Below, one piece after another: positions 43,742-53,921 of a stretch of DNA of 64,000 nt. Source of the stretch: Thermoanaerobaculia bacterium (GTDB lineage: Bacteria; Acidobacteriota; Thermoanaerobaculia; Multivoradales; Multivoraceae). Location: positions 115,439-179,438 of the forward strand of contig JAJEHN010000037.1 in the NCBI GenBank assembly GCA_022823665.1, given 5' to 3'. The notes beneath the pieces are model-generated. The model searched no databases. It was not told the DNA's origin and worked only from the letters and a program-made list of their open reading frames with translations. Position 1 is the first letter of the stretch. Each line of letters starts with the position of its first letter. A program made the translations under genes and the position numbers.

Positions 43742-46700
43742 TCACCGGTCGCTCCGTCCTTTTGATGCGGTGCTCAGCTTCTCGACGTCGAGATAGTAGT
43801 GCTGCACCTTCCTCACCTCGACCCACGGCCTTTCCGCCGGGTTCGGGACCGGGTCCCGGAGGACGGGATTTGTGGCGCAGTCGGTTACGACGTACAGCCA
43901 GTAGCAGTCTGGCCGGTCCTCGGCGACACGGCGTTCGTTCGGCGTCAGCAAAACCGTGCCACTCCGGGCGGCCAGCCCCTTGACCTCGATGAGGCGCAGA
44001 TCGCCGGAGTTGGGGTCCAAGCTGGTGATGTCGTAACCGAGGTTCTTTGCGCTCACATCCTCAACGCGCCGCCCCTGGCCCTCCTCGTGCTCCATCACGA
44101 CCCGCATGGCCGTCATCTCGGTCGCCGGGTCCGGCCGATGGCGCCTGACGTCGGCGGCGCCGCGTTCCGGGTGCGGCAGGACGAGCACGCTCGTGATCCG
44201 TTCCACGCCCTGGAGAGTGAGGGAGCGCTGGCGTTCTAACTCCTCGAGTCGGCGCGTGCGGCGGGCGGACAGTTCGTCGTGCCGGAGCTCGGCTCTCTTG
44301 AGGCGTCCCTCGGCACCGCGACGGCCTGCCTCTACCTCAAGCGCCGCGCGGCCTATCTCTTCGTCGGCCCGGTTCAAGAGTTCGGTGAGGGACCTCCGCA
44401 CATAGTCGGCGACGCGCCCTACCTCGGCGACTCGTTCGGCGCGGGTTTCCTCGAGCAGGGGGCCGAGCACCTGTTCATGCAGCCAGGCTTCGGGAGCGGG
44501 CTCGAAGGTCATGGCCGGGAACTCCTCGGGCGGCGGTGCCGGCGTCAGGTTGCCGAGCACGCCGGGTTCGCGGCGCACCGGGCTCTCGCCGTCTGCGCGG
44601 AGCTCCACGGCGAGCAGCTTGTCCTGCACCACGGCGGGCATCCCGTCGACGACCTGGGCGCGGTAGAAGTCGATGCGGGCGGGTTCCGCGTGATCCAGGG
44701 AGTGGAACGTGGCACCGGCTCGCAGCGAGTCAGCCGCTTCGTCGCGAGTGTGCCGGCGGACAGCCTCGAACAGCGGATGGCCGGGGGTGACCCACTCGAG
44801 ATTGTGGCTTTGAGCGGTATCGCGGTCGGTGGTGCAGCGGGGATACCGTGTGGCGAGATCGGCCAGTCGCCAGTCCTCGTCGCGCTGGTAGCGTCGCAGG
44901 CCGGCGGGAGTTCGCCCGGGCTCGAACGCGTGTCGTAGCTTGACGCCGCGCAGGAAGCGAAGGTCGAGGCCCGTCCGCGGCGCGGCTTCACGAAGGAAGC
45001 GGGCGATCGTCTCCGGGACCACGCGGCGCTCGCGGGCGCGAGCACGGCGCTCGACGAGCATTTCCAGGTTCAGCTTCTTCGAGGCGAGGCCTTCCAGAGC
45101 GTTTCGGCAAATGTCGCGGAAGCGCGACTCTTCCATTGGGCGCAGGATGCGTTCTTCCAGGTCTTCCTGGCCGAGACGACCCGCGTAGTAGTCGCGCATG
45201 AGCCGGTCCATCCGGGACGCCGGAAGCACCTGGCCGACTACGTTGAACACGGCGTCGTCGTCGAGCGCGTTGCGAATCTCCTTTAGCTTCTCGAGCAGGC
45301 GCTCCAGGACGTGGCCCTCGACGGTGTTGGTGGCCACGAAGTTGAAGATGAGGCAATCCTTCTGCTGTCCGTAGCGGTGGATGCGCCCCATCCGCTGTTC
45401 CAGACGGTTCGGGTTCCACGGAATGTCGTAGTTGAAGAGCACATTGCAGACTTGGAGGTTGATGCCTTCGCCGGCCGCCTCCGTTGCCGCGAGTACCTGC
45501 ACGGCGCCTTCGCGGAACTGCTGCTCGGCGTGCAGCCTGGTGCCCGTCTCGTCGCGGCTGCCTGGCTTCATGCCGCCGTGAATCGTGGCGACCCGGAAGC
45601 CCCAGGCCCGGAGCCTCTCGACCAGGTAGTCCAGCGTGTCCTTGAACTCCGTGAACAGCACCAGGCGCTGGTCCGGGCGTTCGAAGAACCCGTCCCTCCG
45701 CAGGAGCCGCTCGAGTCTGGTCAGCTTCGCTTCGACGCCCTGCCGTTCAACGGCCTCCGCGCGGACGGCGAGCGCGCGCAACTCGGCGATCTCCTCGCGA
45801 ATCGCGTCCGCATTGTCCGTGAGGGAGATGGCCTCGATGAGTTCCAGCACCCTCTCGCGCTCCTGTTCCTCCATCTCGTCGAGCTCTTCGAGGTCGTCGA
45901 TGCTTGGCAGATCGGGGGGTGCGGCGCTGGCCAGATCGTGCGCCCTCGCAAGCGCCTGTTCGAGTCTGTCCGCTCGGTTGCCCAGGCTCCGGAAGAGGGC
46001 GCGCGTGCTGGACGCCAGGCGGCGTTGGTAGAGGGCCATCAGGAAGCCCATGGCGCGACCCCGTGGGTCGTCGCGTTCGGCTGCCAGTCGGCTCTGTCGC
46101 TTCACGAACTCGGTGACTTCCCGGTAGAGCTCGTGCTCGGCGCCTTCGATGGAGAAGCCCGCTGTGCTCGGGATTCGCCGCGTGAAGATCGGCCGCACGA
46201 CCCACTCGCCGTTCGCGTCGCGCTGCGGGAAGTGAACCATCGCCTCCTTCGTGCGGCGGAGGTAGAACGGTGCTCGTCCCTGGTGCAATGCGTGGCGGAT
46301 GGACGTGACGTTGGCGTAGGCGTCGCGGTCGAGAAGCTGGAGGAAGAGGGAGAAGTTCTCCGGGTCGCCCTTGTGCGGCGTCGCGGTCAGCAACAACAGG
46401 TGGTCGGACGTGTCGCGCAGCAACTCTCCCAGCTTGTAGCGCAGGCTCTTGTGGGACTCGTCGCGGGCCGACATCCGGTGCGCCTCGTCAACGATGACCA
46501 GGTCCCAGCGCGCCTGCTTCAGGCCGGGGAGGATCTCGTCCCGCTTCGCCAAGTCGAGCGAGGTGATGATCCGGTCGCGCTCCATCCACTGATTGACGCC
46601 GTACTGGGCCCGCAGCTCGGCGCCCTTCAGTACGACGAAGCTCTGGTCGAACTTCTCGCGCAGCTCCCGTTGCCATTGAAACGTCAGGTTGGACGGGGCG

Positions 46701-47107
46701 ACGATCAGGATGCGCTCGGCGAGACCGCGCAACTGGAGCTCGCGAAGGAGCAGACCCGACATGATCGTCTTGCCGGCACCAGCATCGTCCGCGAGCAGGA
46801 AGCGCACCCGCGCCGGTTTGAGCAGGTGGTCGTACACGGCTTCGAGTTGGTGGGGCAGCGGGTCGACCCGGGACACTGACAGCCCGAAGTACGGGTCGAA
46901 CTCCCAGGCGATGCCGAGCGCATGGGCGTCGAGGCCGAGCCGAAGCAGCTCGCCGTCGCCGTCGTAGCGGAACACGCTGTCGGTCGCAGACAGCTCGGAG
47001 AGCTGCGCGGCGTCGAGCGTCACCTGCCGGAAGAGCTGGGTCCGCGTGCCGACGAGGCCGAGCTTCCAGCCGCCCAGACCGTTGCCCGCCACGGTTACCA
47101 CGCGCAT
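43742..47107 (-). CDS. SNF2-family helicase with C-terminal DUF3883-like (PD-(D/E)xK-like) domain
   Basis: Motif I DDAGAGKT, II VIVDEAHRM, III LLLTATP, VI QRMGRIHRYGQ. C-terminus GYDITSLDP...LRLIEVKG...YWLYVV. Confidence 0.8.
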   Translation of the reverse strand: MRVVTVAGNGLGGWKLGLVGTRTQLFRQVTLDAAQLSELSATDSVFRYDGDGELLRLGLDAHALGIAWEFDPYFGLSVSRVDPLPHQLEAVYDHLLKPARVRFLLADDAGAGKTIMSGLLLRELQLRGLAERILIVAPSNLTFQWQRELREKFDQSFVVLKGAELRAQYGVNQWMERDRIITSLDLAKRDEILPGLKQARWDLVIVDEAHRMSARDESHKSLRYKLGELLRDTSDHLLLLTATPHKGDPENFSLFLQLLDRDAYANVTSIRHALHQGRAPFYLRRTKEAMVHFPQRDANGEWVVRPIFTRRIPSTAGFSIEGAEHELYREVTEFVKRQSRLAAERDDPRGRAMGFLMALYQRRLASSTRALFRSLGNRADRLEQALARAHDLASAAPPDLPSIDDLEELDEMEEQERERVLELIEAISLTDNADAIREEIAELRALAVRAEAVERQGVEAKLTRLERLLRRDGFFERPDQRLVLFTEFKDTLDYLVERLRAWGFRVATIHGGMKPGSRDETGTRLHAEQQFREGAVQVLAATEAAGEGINLQVCNVLFNYDIPWNPNRLEQRMGRIHRYGQQKDCLIFNFVATNTVEGHVLERLLEKLKEIRNALDDDAVFNVVGQVLPASRMDRLMRDYYAGRLGQEDLEERILRPMEESRFRDICRNALEGLASKKLNLEMLVERRARARERRVVPETIARFLREAAPRTGLDLRFLRGVKLRHAFEPGRTPAGLRRYQRDEDWRLADLATRYPRCTTDRDTAQSHNLEWVTPGHPLFEAVRRHTRDEAADSLRAGATFHSLDHAEPARIDFYRAQVVDGMPAVVQDKLLAVELRADGESPVRREPGVLGNLTPAPPPEEFPAMTFEPAPEAWLHEQVLGPLLEETRAERVAEVGRVADYVRRSLTELLNRADEEIGRAALEVEAGRRGAEGRLKRAELRHDELSARRTRRLEELERQRSLTLQGVERITSVLVLPHPERGAADVRRHRPDPATEMTAMRVVMEHEEGQGRRVEDVSAKNLGYDITSLDPNSGDLRLIEVKGLAARSGTVLLTPNERRVAEDRPDCYWLYVVTDCATNPVLRDPVPNPAERPWVEVRKVQHYYLDVEKLSTASKGRSDR

Positions 47108-47232
47108 GGGTTCGCTGAACTAAGGGCCGGTCAGGACCTGGCCTTCTTCGGGCGGCGGGGGCGGGTTCATCGGAAGCGGCACATTGTACGCCCGTCGCCG
47201 GGCGAGCGCGGTGCGGCGGCTACACTCGCGCG

Positions 47233-49905
47233 ATGCCTGATCGACGCACGCGCATTGCCTCATTCGCCGTTCTCGTCGCGCTGCTCGCCTCGCCCGCCGC
47301 GGCCGAAGAGCTCTCCTACTACCTGCCGGACGCCGGCGACCCGGCAGCCTACGACCCGGACGTGCCCCGGCCGTCCGCGGTGCTCGGCTACGAGGTGGGC
47401 GAGTGGCACGTTCGTCCCGATCAGCTCAACGCCTACATGCGGGCCGTGGCCGCGTCCTCGCCGCGGGTGACCATTTCGGTGCAGGGGCACACCCACGAAC
47501 AGCGTCCGCAGCTCCTGCTGACGATCACGTCGCCGCGCAACCATGCCCGGCTCGCCGAGATCCGTGAACAGCGACGCGGCCTGGTCGACCCCCGGGAACC
47601 CCTGGCGGAACTCGACGGCCTGCCGGTCGTCATCTGGCTCGGCTACAGCATCCACGGCAACGAGCCGAGCGGAGCGAACGCCTCGATGCTCGTCGCCTAC
47701 CACCTGGCCGCGTCGCTCTCCGGCGTGGTCGCCGAGCAACTGGAGCAGGCCGTCATCCTCCTGGATCCGAGCCTCAATCCGGACGGGATCGGCCGCTTCG
47801 CACATTGGGCGAACACGAACCGGGGCATGGTGCTGAATGCCGACCCCGCCCACCGGGAACACCGGGAGCCGTGGCCGGGCGGCCGCACGAACCACTACTG
47901 GTTCGACCTGAACCGGGACTGGCTGCTACTGCAGCACCCCGAGTCGCGGAACCGGATGGCGACCTGGAAGGCCTGGCAGCCGAACCTGGTTGGCGATTTC
48001 CACGAGATGGGCTCGGACGCCACGTTCTTCTTTCAGCCGGGCGTCCCGAGCCGGCGCAATCCGCTGATTCCCGAACGCAACGTGGAGTTGACGGAAGCGA
48101 TCGCGGCCCACCACGCCGCCGTGTTCGACGGCGCGGGCCGGCTCTACTACAGCCGGGAGGGTTTCGATGACTTTTACCTCGGCAAGGGCTCGACCTACCC
48201 GGACGCTCACGGCGCGGTCGGCTTCCTGTTCGAGCAGGCGAGCGCCGAGGGGCACCGGATCGAGACGGCGAACGGCGAACTGGCGTTCGTCTTCGGGATC
48301 AAGAACCAGTTGATGGCCTCGCTGTCGATGGTCGAGGGCGGCGTGGCGAAGCGCCTGGAACTGCTGGAGCACCAGCGGGACTTCTTCCGCGGCGCTCTGG
48401 CCGCGGCGGAGGATTCGGGCCCGGCCGCCTACGTGTTCCATGTCGACGGCGACCGCGGCCGCGCTCACCGCATGCTCGACCTGCTGCTGAGGCACGAGAT
48501 CGAGGTCTACGGGACGGCCGGGGAGATCGCGATCGAGGACCGCGTCTACCCGCCTGGCGCGTCGTGGCTGGTGCCGCTGGCGCAGCCCCAGTCGACCCTG
48601 GTCCGTTCCTTCTTCGAGAAGGTGACCGAGTTCAACGACTCCGTGTTCTACGACGTCTCGGCGTGGACGCTGCCGCTAGCCTTCGGCGCGGAGTACGACC
48701 TCCTCGAAGGCGGCGCCTACCGCCCCGAGCTGCTTGCAACGGCGGTCACCGACGCCGCGATCGAGACCGGCGCGTTCGGCGTCCCTCCCCGGGATACGTC
48801 GACCTACGCCTACGCCTTCTCCTGGGACGGCTACTTCTCGGCCCGCACCCTCAACCGCCTGCAGCGTGCGGGCGCACGGGCCCGAGCCGCGACGGCTTCG
48901 TTCATCGCGGAGACACCCGACGGCCCTCAGGCTTTCGAACCGGGAGCGATCGTCGTACCGGTCGGCAGGGACGCCGAACCGGGCGCCAACGCGGAGATCG
49001 AGTTGGAGGCGCTGTTCGCGGAGGCTGCGGCCGCGGACGGTGTCGATGTCCATCGTCTGATCGGCGGCCAGACCACGGCCGGGATCGACCTCGGCAGTCC
49101 GAGCCTGCGGCCCCTGGTTGCGCCGCGCCCCCTGCTCGTCACCGGCCGCGGCGTTCCTTCGTACCGGGTCGGCGAGGCCTGGCATCTGCTCGACCAACGC
49201 TTCGGTGTCGAGGCGTCCCTGGTCGATCTCGGAGCGCTCGGCAGCGTGGACCTGGACCGCTACACGCATGTCGTGCTGGCCCTCGGCGGCTTCGGCGGCG
49301 GGGCGCCCCGGGAAGAGGTTCGGGACCGCCTGCGGGCCTGGGTGCGCAGGGGCGGCGCCGTCGTGGCCATCGGCTCGGCGAGCCGCTGGGCAGGCGCCGA
49401 GCTCCTGGGCCGCGAGGCGGAGGCCGAGGATGCGGCTGCCGGCGCCGGCGACGAGGGTGCTTCCGAAGACGCGGATGCGTCCGGGACGGCGGAGCGCCAC
49501 CGCTACGCCGACTACCGCGACCAGCGAGCCGAGCAACTCATGGCCGGCACGATCGTCAGCGCCGAGCTGGATCTGACGCATCCGCTGGCCTACGGCTACG
49601 AGCGGTCGACCCTCGCCGTGATTCGCACCGGCGAACTGGTCCTGCCGCCCAGTTCCAACCCCTTCGAGAACGTCGCCCTGTACCAGGACCCGCCGCGCCT
49701 CTCCGGCTGGATTTCGCCTGAGAACCAGCGTCGCCTGGCCGGCAAACCGGCCGTCATCGCCAGCCGCATGGGACGCGGCGTCGTGATTCAGCTTCTCGAC
49801 AATCCGAACTTCCGCGCCTACTTCTACGGCTCGAACCGGCTGTTCCTGAACTCGATCTTCCTCTCCGGCCTGATCGACTCGACTTCGGCGCCGGATACCT
49901 GGTAG
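47233..49905 (+). CDS. M14-family zinc carboxypeptidase, secreted
   Basis: Signal peptide. HGNEPSG zinc-ligand motif, then FHEMG-type second His region. Large C-terminal extension. Confidence 0.75.
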   Translation: MPDRRTRIASFAVLVALLASPAAAEELSYYLPDAGDPAAYDPDVPRPSAVLGYEVGEWHVRPDQLNAYMRAVAASSPRVTISVQGHTHEQRPQLLLTITSPRNHARLAEIREQRRGLVDPREPLAELDGLPVVIWLGYSIHGNEPSGANASMLVAYHLAASLSGVVAEQLEQAVILLDPSLNPDGIGRFAHWANTNRGMVLNADPAHREHREPWPGGRTNHYWFDLNRDWLLLQHPESRNRMATWKAWQPNLVGDFHEMGSDATFFFQPGVPSRRNPLIPERNVELTEAIAAHHAAVFDGAGRLYYSREGFDDFYLGKGSTYPDAHGAVGFLFEQASAEGHRIETANGELAFVFGIKNQLMASLSMVEGGVAKRLELLEHQRDFFRGALAAAEDSGPAAYVFHVDGDRGRAHRMLDLLLRHEIEVYGTAGEIAIEDRVYPPGASWLVPLAQPQSTLVRSFFEKVTEFNDSVFYDVSAWTLPLAFGAEYDLLEGGAYRPELLATAVTDAAIETGAFGVPPRDTSTYAYAFSWDGYFSARTLNRLQRAGARARAATASFIAETPDGPQAFEPGAIVVPVGRDAEPGANAEIELEALFAEAAAADGVDVHRLIGGQTTAGIDLGSPSLRPLVAPRPLLVTGRGVPSYRVGEAWHLLDQRFGVEASLVDLGALGSVDLDRYTHVVLALGGFGGGAPREEVRDRLRAWVRRGGAVVAIGSASRWAGAELLGREAEAEDAAAGAGDEGASEDADASGTAERHRYADYRDQRAEQLMAGTIVSAELDLTHPLAYGYERSTLAVIRTGELVLPPSSNPFENVALYQDPPRLSGWISPENQRRLAGKPAVIASRMGRGVVIQLLDNPNFRAYFYGSNRLFLNSIFLSGLIDSTSAPDTW

Positions 49906-50020
49906 GCCGGCGATCCGAGGTCAACTCGCGATCTGGCCAGGAATCTTGCGCTCCCTTGCGGGGTTGTGCTGAGATCCTGCGTCGAAAACCGGTGTCCACT
50001 GTTCACGGAGAACGTCGAGA

Positions 50021-51046
50021 GTGACCGAAACCGACCACCCCGACTCCGTCCCGCCCGAAGTAGCGGCGGAGACCGAGGCCGCAGCGCCCGAGGCCACACC
50101 TCCCGAGACAGATGGGCCTGGCGAGGTCCTGATCTCCGTCGCCGACCTGACCAAGCACTACGGCGCCATCCGCGCCGTCGACGGCATCAGCTTCCAGGTG
50201 CGCCGCGGCGACGTGCTCGGCTTCCTGGGGCCGAACGGCGCCGGAAAGACGACGGCGATGAAGATGATCACCGGTTTCCTGGAGCCGGACCGGGGTTCGA
50301 TCGAGGTCGCCGGCATCGATGTCGCCGCCGACCGCCTGGCCGTCAGCCGACGGATCGGCTACCTGCCGGAGGACGCCCCCGCCTACGGCGAGATGGCCGT
50401 CGAGGCTTTCCTGCGGTTCATCGCCGAGGCCCGGGAGCTGGAGGCGGCGGACGAGGCGATCGAGACGGTGCTCGAGACGGCCCACCTGCGGAGCGTGCGC
50501 GGCCAGACGATCGAGACCCTGTCCAAGGGCTACAAGCGCCGCGTCGGTCTGGCGCAGGCGCTGATCCATGATCCGGACGTGCTGATCCTGGACGAACCGA
50601 CGGATGGCCTCGACCCGAACCAGAAGGCGGTGGTCCAGGACCTGATCTCCAGCCTTTCCGCCAATCGCTGCATCGTCCTCTCGACCCACATCCTCGACGA
50701 GGCCGAGCGGGTGTGCAACCGCGCGGTCATCCTGTCCGAGGGCCGCATTCTGGTCGACTCGACGCCGGAGGCGCTGGTCGCCCGGGCGCCGGGCCACAAC
50801 GCCGTCCGCTTCCGGGTTACCGAGGGCGACGCGGCCGACGTGGCGGCGACCCTGTCGGCCGCCGACTGGTGCGCCGGCGCCCGCGTGTTGCCGGGCGGCG
50901 AGGTCGAGGCGGAGCCCAGGGACGGCCAGAACCGGCTCAACGACGTGCTGGCGGCGGTCGGCGAGCACCGGGTCGCCGATGTCAGGGTGCGGGAAGGCCG
51001 GCTCGACGAGCTCTTCCGCGACGTGACCAGGGGAGTGGCGGCATGA
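50021..51046 (+). CDS. ABC transporter ATP-binding protein (GldA-like)
   Basis: Walker A GPNGAGKTT, signature LSKGYKRRV, Walker B LILDEPT. GTG 50021. Confidence 0.8.
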   Translation: MTETDHPDSVPPEVAAETEAAAPEATPPETDGPGEVLISVADLTKHYGAIRAVDGISFQVRRGDVLGFLGPNGAGKTTAMKMITGFLEPDRGSIEVAGIDVAADRLAVSRRIGYLPEDAPAYGEMAVEAFLRFIAEARELEAADEAIETVLETAHLRSVRGQTIETLSKGYKRRVGLAQALIHDPDVLILDEPTDGLDPNQKAVVQDLISSLSANRCIVLSTHILDEAERVCNRAVILSEGRILVDSTPEALVARAPGHNAVRFRVTEGDAADVAATLSAADWCAGARVLPGGEVEAEPRDGQNRLNDVLAAVGEHRVADVRVREGRLDELFRDVTRGVAA

Positions 51047-51804
51047 GCGGTCTGGCACGCCGGTTCACCGGCATGAGAGCGGTGCTGCGCCGGGAGTTCC
51101 ACGGCTACTTCGCCTCGCCGCTGGGGTACATCTTCATCGTCATCTTCCTGATTGCCAGCGGCTATCTCATGGTGTCGCGAGACTTCGGCCGGTTCCTGGA
51201 GCTGCGCGAGGCGAATCTCGACGCGCTGTTCAGCTACCTCCCGTGGATCTTCGTCGTGCTGGTGCCGGCGGTGGCGATGCGGCTCTGGGCGGAGGAGCGG
51301 CGATCCGGCACGGTCGAGCTGCTGCTCACCCTGCCGATCACGCTCGAGGGTTCCTACCTCGGGAAGTTCCTGGCCGGCTGGGCCTTTCTGGCCGTCTCCG
51401 TGCTCCTGACGTGGCCGGCGGTGTTCCAGGTGGCCCGGCTCGGCGATCCGGACTGGGGCGCGATCTTCGCGAGCTACGTCGCGACCCTGCTGGCGGCGGC
51501 GGTGCTGCTGGCGATCGGCCTCCTGTTCTCGGCGCTGTCGAAGAACCAGGTGGTGGCGTTCATCCTGGCCGTGGCGGCGTCGGTCGGCTTCCTGCTGATC
51601 GGCGTGCCGCAGACCCAGGAGTTCGTGGGCAAGTGGTTCGGCGGGTACGTCGAGCGGGTCGTCTCGTCGCTGAGCCTGCTCGATCACTTCGAGACGCTGA
51701 CCCGGGGTCTGTTGCAGTTGAACTCGTTGCTGTTTTTCGTGTTGTTCACCGTCGGCTGGCTGGTCTGCGGCATGTTGGTGCTCGGCCAGACGAAGACGAA
51801 CTGA
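51043..51804 (+). CDS. ABC-2 type permease (GldF-like)
   Basis: ATGA overlap with the ATPase gene. Six TM helices, ABC-2 pattern. Confidence 0.75.
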   Translation: MSGLARRFTGMRAVLRREFHGYFASPLGYIFIVIFLIASGYLMVSRDFGRFLELREANLDALFSYLPWIFVVLVPAVAMRLWAEERRSGTVELLLTLPITLEGSYLGKFLAGWAFLAVSVLLTWPAVFQVARLGDPDWGAIFASYVATLLAAAVLLAIGLLFSALSKNQVVAFILAVAASVGFLLIGVPQTQEFVGKWFGGYVERVVSSLSLLDHFETLTRGLLQLNSLLFFVLFTVGWLVCGMLVLGQTKTN

Positions 51805-51814
51805 GGGTTGGCGG

Positions 51815-53899
51815 ATGACTGACGAACCGAGGACTAAGCAGAGCCGGATCCTGACCCTGGCCCTGATCGGGCTGATGACCGTGCTCTCGATTCACGTCGC
51901 GAACGAGTGGCTCGAGGGTTTCCGCGTCGACCTGACCGGCGACGACCTCTACTCGCTGACGGACGGCAGTCACGCCATCCTCGACCGCATGCAGGAGGAG
52001 GGGGTCAAGCCGCTCGATATCCGGCTCTACTTCTCCGAGACGACGGGCAAGACGCTGCCGAAGTTCGTCAAGGACTTCATTGGATACGAGCGCTACCTGC
52101 GGAGCCTGCTCGGCGAGTACGAGCGGGCCGCGGCGGGGAAGATCCAGGTCGAGACGATCGATCCGATTCCGGACAGCGACGCCGCCGACCAGGCCGCCGA
52201 GGACGGTCTCGACGGCAAGCTGATCAACCAGAACGGCGACCTCTTCTACTTCGGGCTCGCCCTGGAGACCCAGACCGGCAGCAGGGAAACGATCGAGTTC
52301 CTGTGGCCGCAGGAGCAGGAGAACATCGAGTACGAGATCTCGAAGAAGATCCACGGCCTGCTCTGGCCGACCCGTCAGCGGGTGGGAGTCCTTTCGAGCC
52401 TGGAGATCTTCGGCGGCGCCCAGGACCCGATCATGGCCCAGATGCTGGCCGCCCAGGGACGGACGCCTTCGCAGAAGTGGATCCTCGTCCAGGTGCTGGA
52501 GGATCTCTACGACGTCTCCCAGGTCGCGGCCGACGTCGACGAGATCTCGCCCGAGGACTACGACCTCCTGGTGGTGATCCACCCCAAGGCGCTGCCGGAC
52601 AAGACCGTCTTCGCGATCGACCAGTGGGTGGCCGGGGGCGGCAACACCCTGGTCTTCATCGATCCCTATGCGCTCGGCGACACGCCGCCCCAGAACCCGC
52701 AGCAGCCGTGGGCGGCGCTCCAGTACCAGCCGGCCTCCAACCTCGCGCCGTTGCTCGACGCCTGGGGGCTGGAGCTGCTGGACAACGAGTTCGCGGCCGA
52801 CTTCGAGCTGGCGGCCCGGCGGCCGATGAGCCAGTTCGGCGCGTCGGAGTCGGTGATCATCGATCTGGTGGTCGACTCGACGCAGCACGAAGGCGTTCTG
52901 GATGTGGAGAGCCCCATGCTGAGGGGCCTGTCCGAGCTGCGTTTCTTCCTGTCCGGAGTGCTGCGCGAGAGCGAGAGTCGCGGGGAGGCGGTCGCGGACG
53001 CCGGCGCCGCCGAGGGCCAAGAGGGCGCCGCGGAGGTCGTCGACGCGGCCGGAGACATCGAGCGCCGTCCCCTGATCTCGACCACGGCCGCCGGCAACAC
53101 CCTGGAGGTGCTGCCCGGCTTCGGCGGCGGCGATGCCCTCGCCTACACCGACCTGAACGACGGGGCCAGGCTGCGCGACGCCTTCACGCCGGGCGAGGAG
53201 CCCCTGGTCCTCGCCTACGTGGTGCGCGGCAAGCTGCCGACGGCCTTCCCGGACGGCGTGGACTACCCCGACAAGGAGGCGGTGCGGCCGCCGAACCTGC
53301 CGCCGGAAATCGAGGTGCCGCCGCCCGACGACGTCGAGATCATCCACCGCGATCCGCTGCCGGACGAGGAGCGGGGAGAGGCGGCGGTCGTCGTGTTCGC
53401 GGACGTCGACTTCGTGCACGACCAGATCGCGTTCCTGCAGAACCCGTTCGGCATCGTCCAGGCCCAGAACGACAACCACAAGGTCGTGCTGAACAGCATC
53501 GACTACCTGCTGGGCTCCCAGGACCTGATGACGGTCCGCGCGAAGAGCGGCATGAGCCGGCCCTTCCTCCGGTTCGACGAGATCGAGGCTCAGGCGGAAC
53601 TCGACACGCTCGACCGCGAGCGCCAGATCCGCGAAGAGATCGAGAGCTTCCAGGAGGAGCTTCGGGAGAAGCAGGGCGAGATCACGCAACGGAACGCGGC
53701 CCTGTTCGAGCGGAAGCTGCAGGACGAGGTCGACGAGCTGAACGAGCGGATCCTCGAGGCGAACCGGGAACTGCGGGACATCCGCAAGGGCCGCCGCGAG
53801 GCCCTGGAGCGCGAAGAGTCGGCGGTGCGCTTCGCCGTCATCGGCTGGATGCCGATCGTCGTGCTGCTGGTCGGCCTCTACCGCGCCCGCCGCCGCTGA
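51815..53899 (+). CDS. ABC transporter auxiliary component (GldG-like)
   Basis: N- and C-terminal TM anchors, large periplasmic domain with C-terminal coiled coil. Sits after the ABC-2 permease. Confidence 0.7.
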   Translation: MTDEPRTKQSRILTLALIGLMTVLSIHVANEWLEGFRVDLTGDDLYSLTDGSHAILDRMQEEGVKPLDIRLYFSETTGKTLPKFVKDFIGYERYLRSLLGEYERAAAGKIQVETIDPIPDSDAADQAAEDGLDGKLINQNGDLFYFGLALETQTGSRETIEFLWPQEQENIEYEISKKIHGLLWPTRQRVGVLSSLEIFGGAQDPIMAQMLAAQGRTPSQKWILVQVLEDLYDVSQVAADVDEISPEDYDLLVVIHPKALPDKTVFAIDQWVAGGGNTLVFIDPYALGDTPPQNPQQPWAALQYQPASNLAPLLDAWGLELLDNEFAADFELAARRPMSQFGASESVIIDLVVDSTQHEGVLDVESPMLRGLSELRFFLSGVLRESESRGEAVADAGAAEGQEGAAEVVDAAGDIERRPLISTTAAGNTLEVLPGFGGGDALAYTDLNDGARLRDAFTPGEEPLVLAYVVRGKLPTAFPDGVDYPDKEAVRPPNLPPEIEVPPPDDVEIIHRDPLPDEERGEAAVVVFADVDFVHDQIAFLQNPFGIVQAQNDNHKVVLNSIDYLLGSQDLMTVRAKSGMSRPFLRFDEIEAQAELDTLDRERQIREEIESFQEELREKQGEITQRNAALFERKLQDEVDELNERILEANRELRDIRKGRREALEREESAVRFAVIGWMPIVVLLVGLYRARRR

Positions 53900-53921
53900 G
53901 GATCGAGGGAGTCATACCGGC

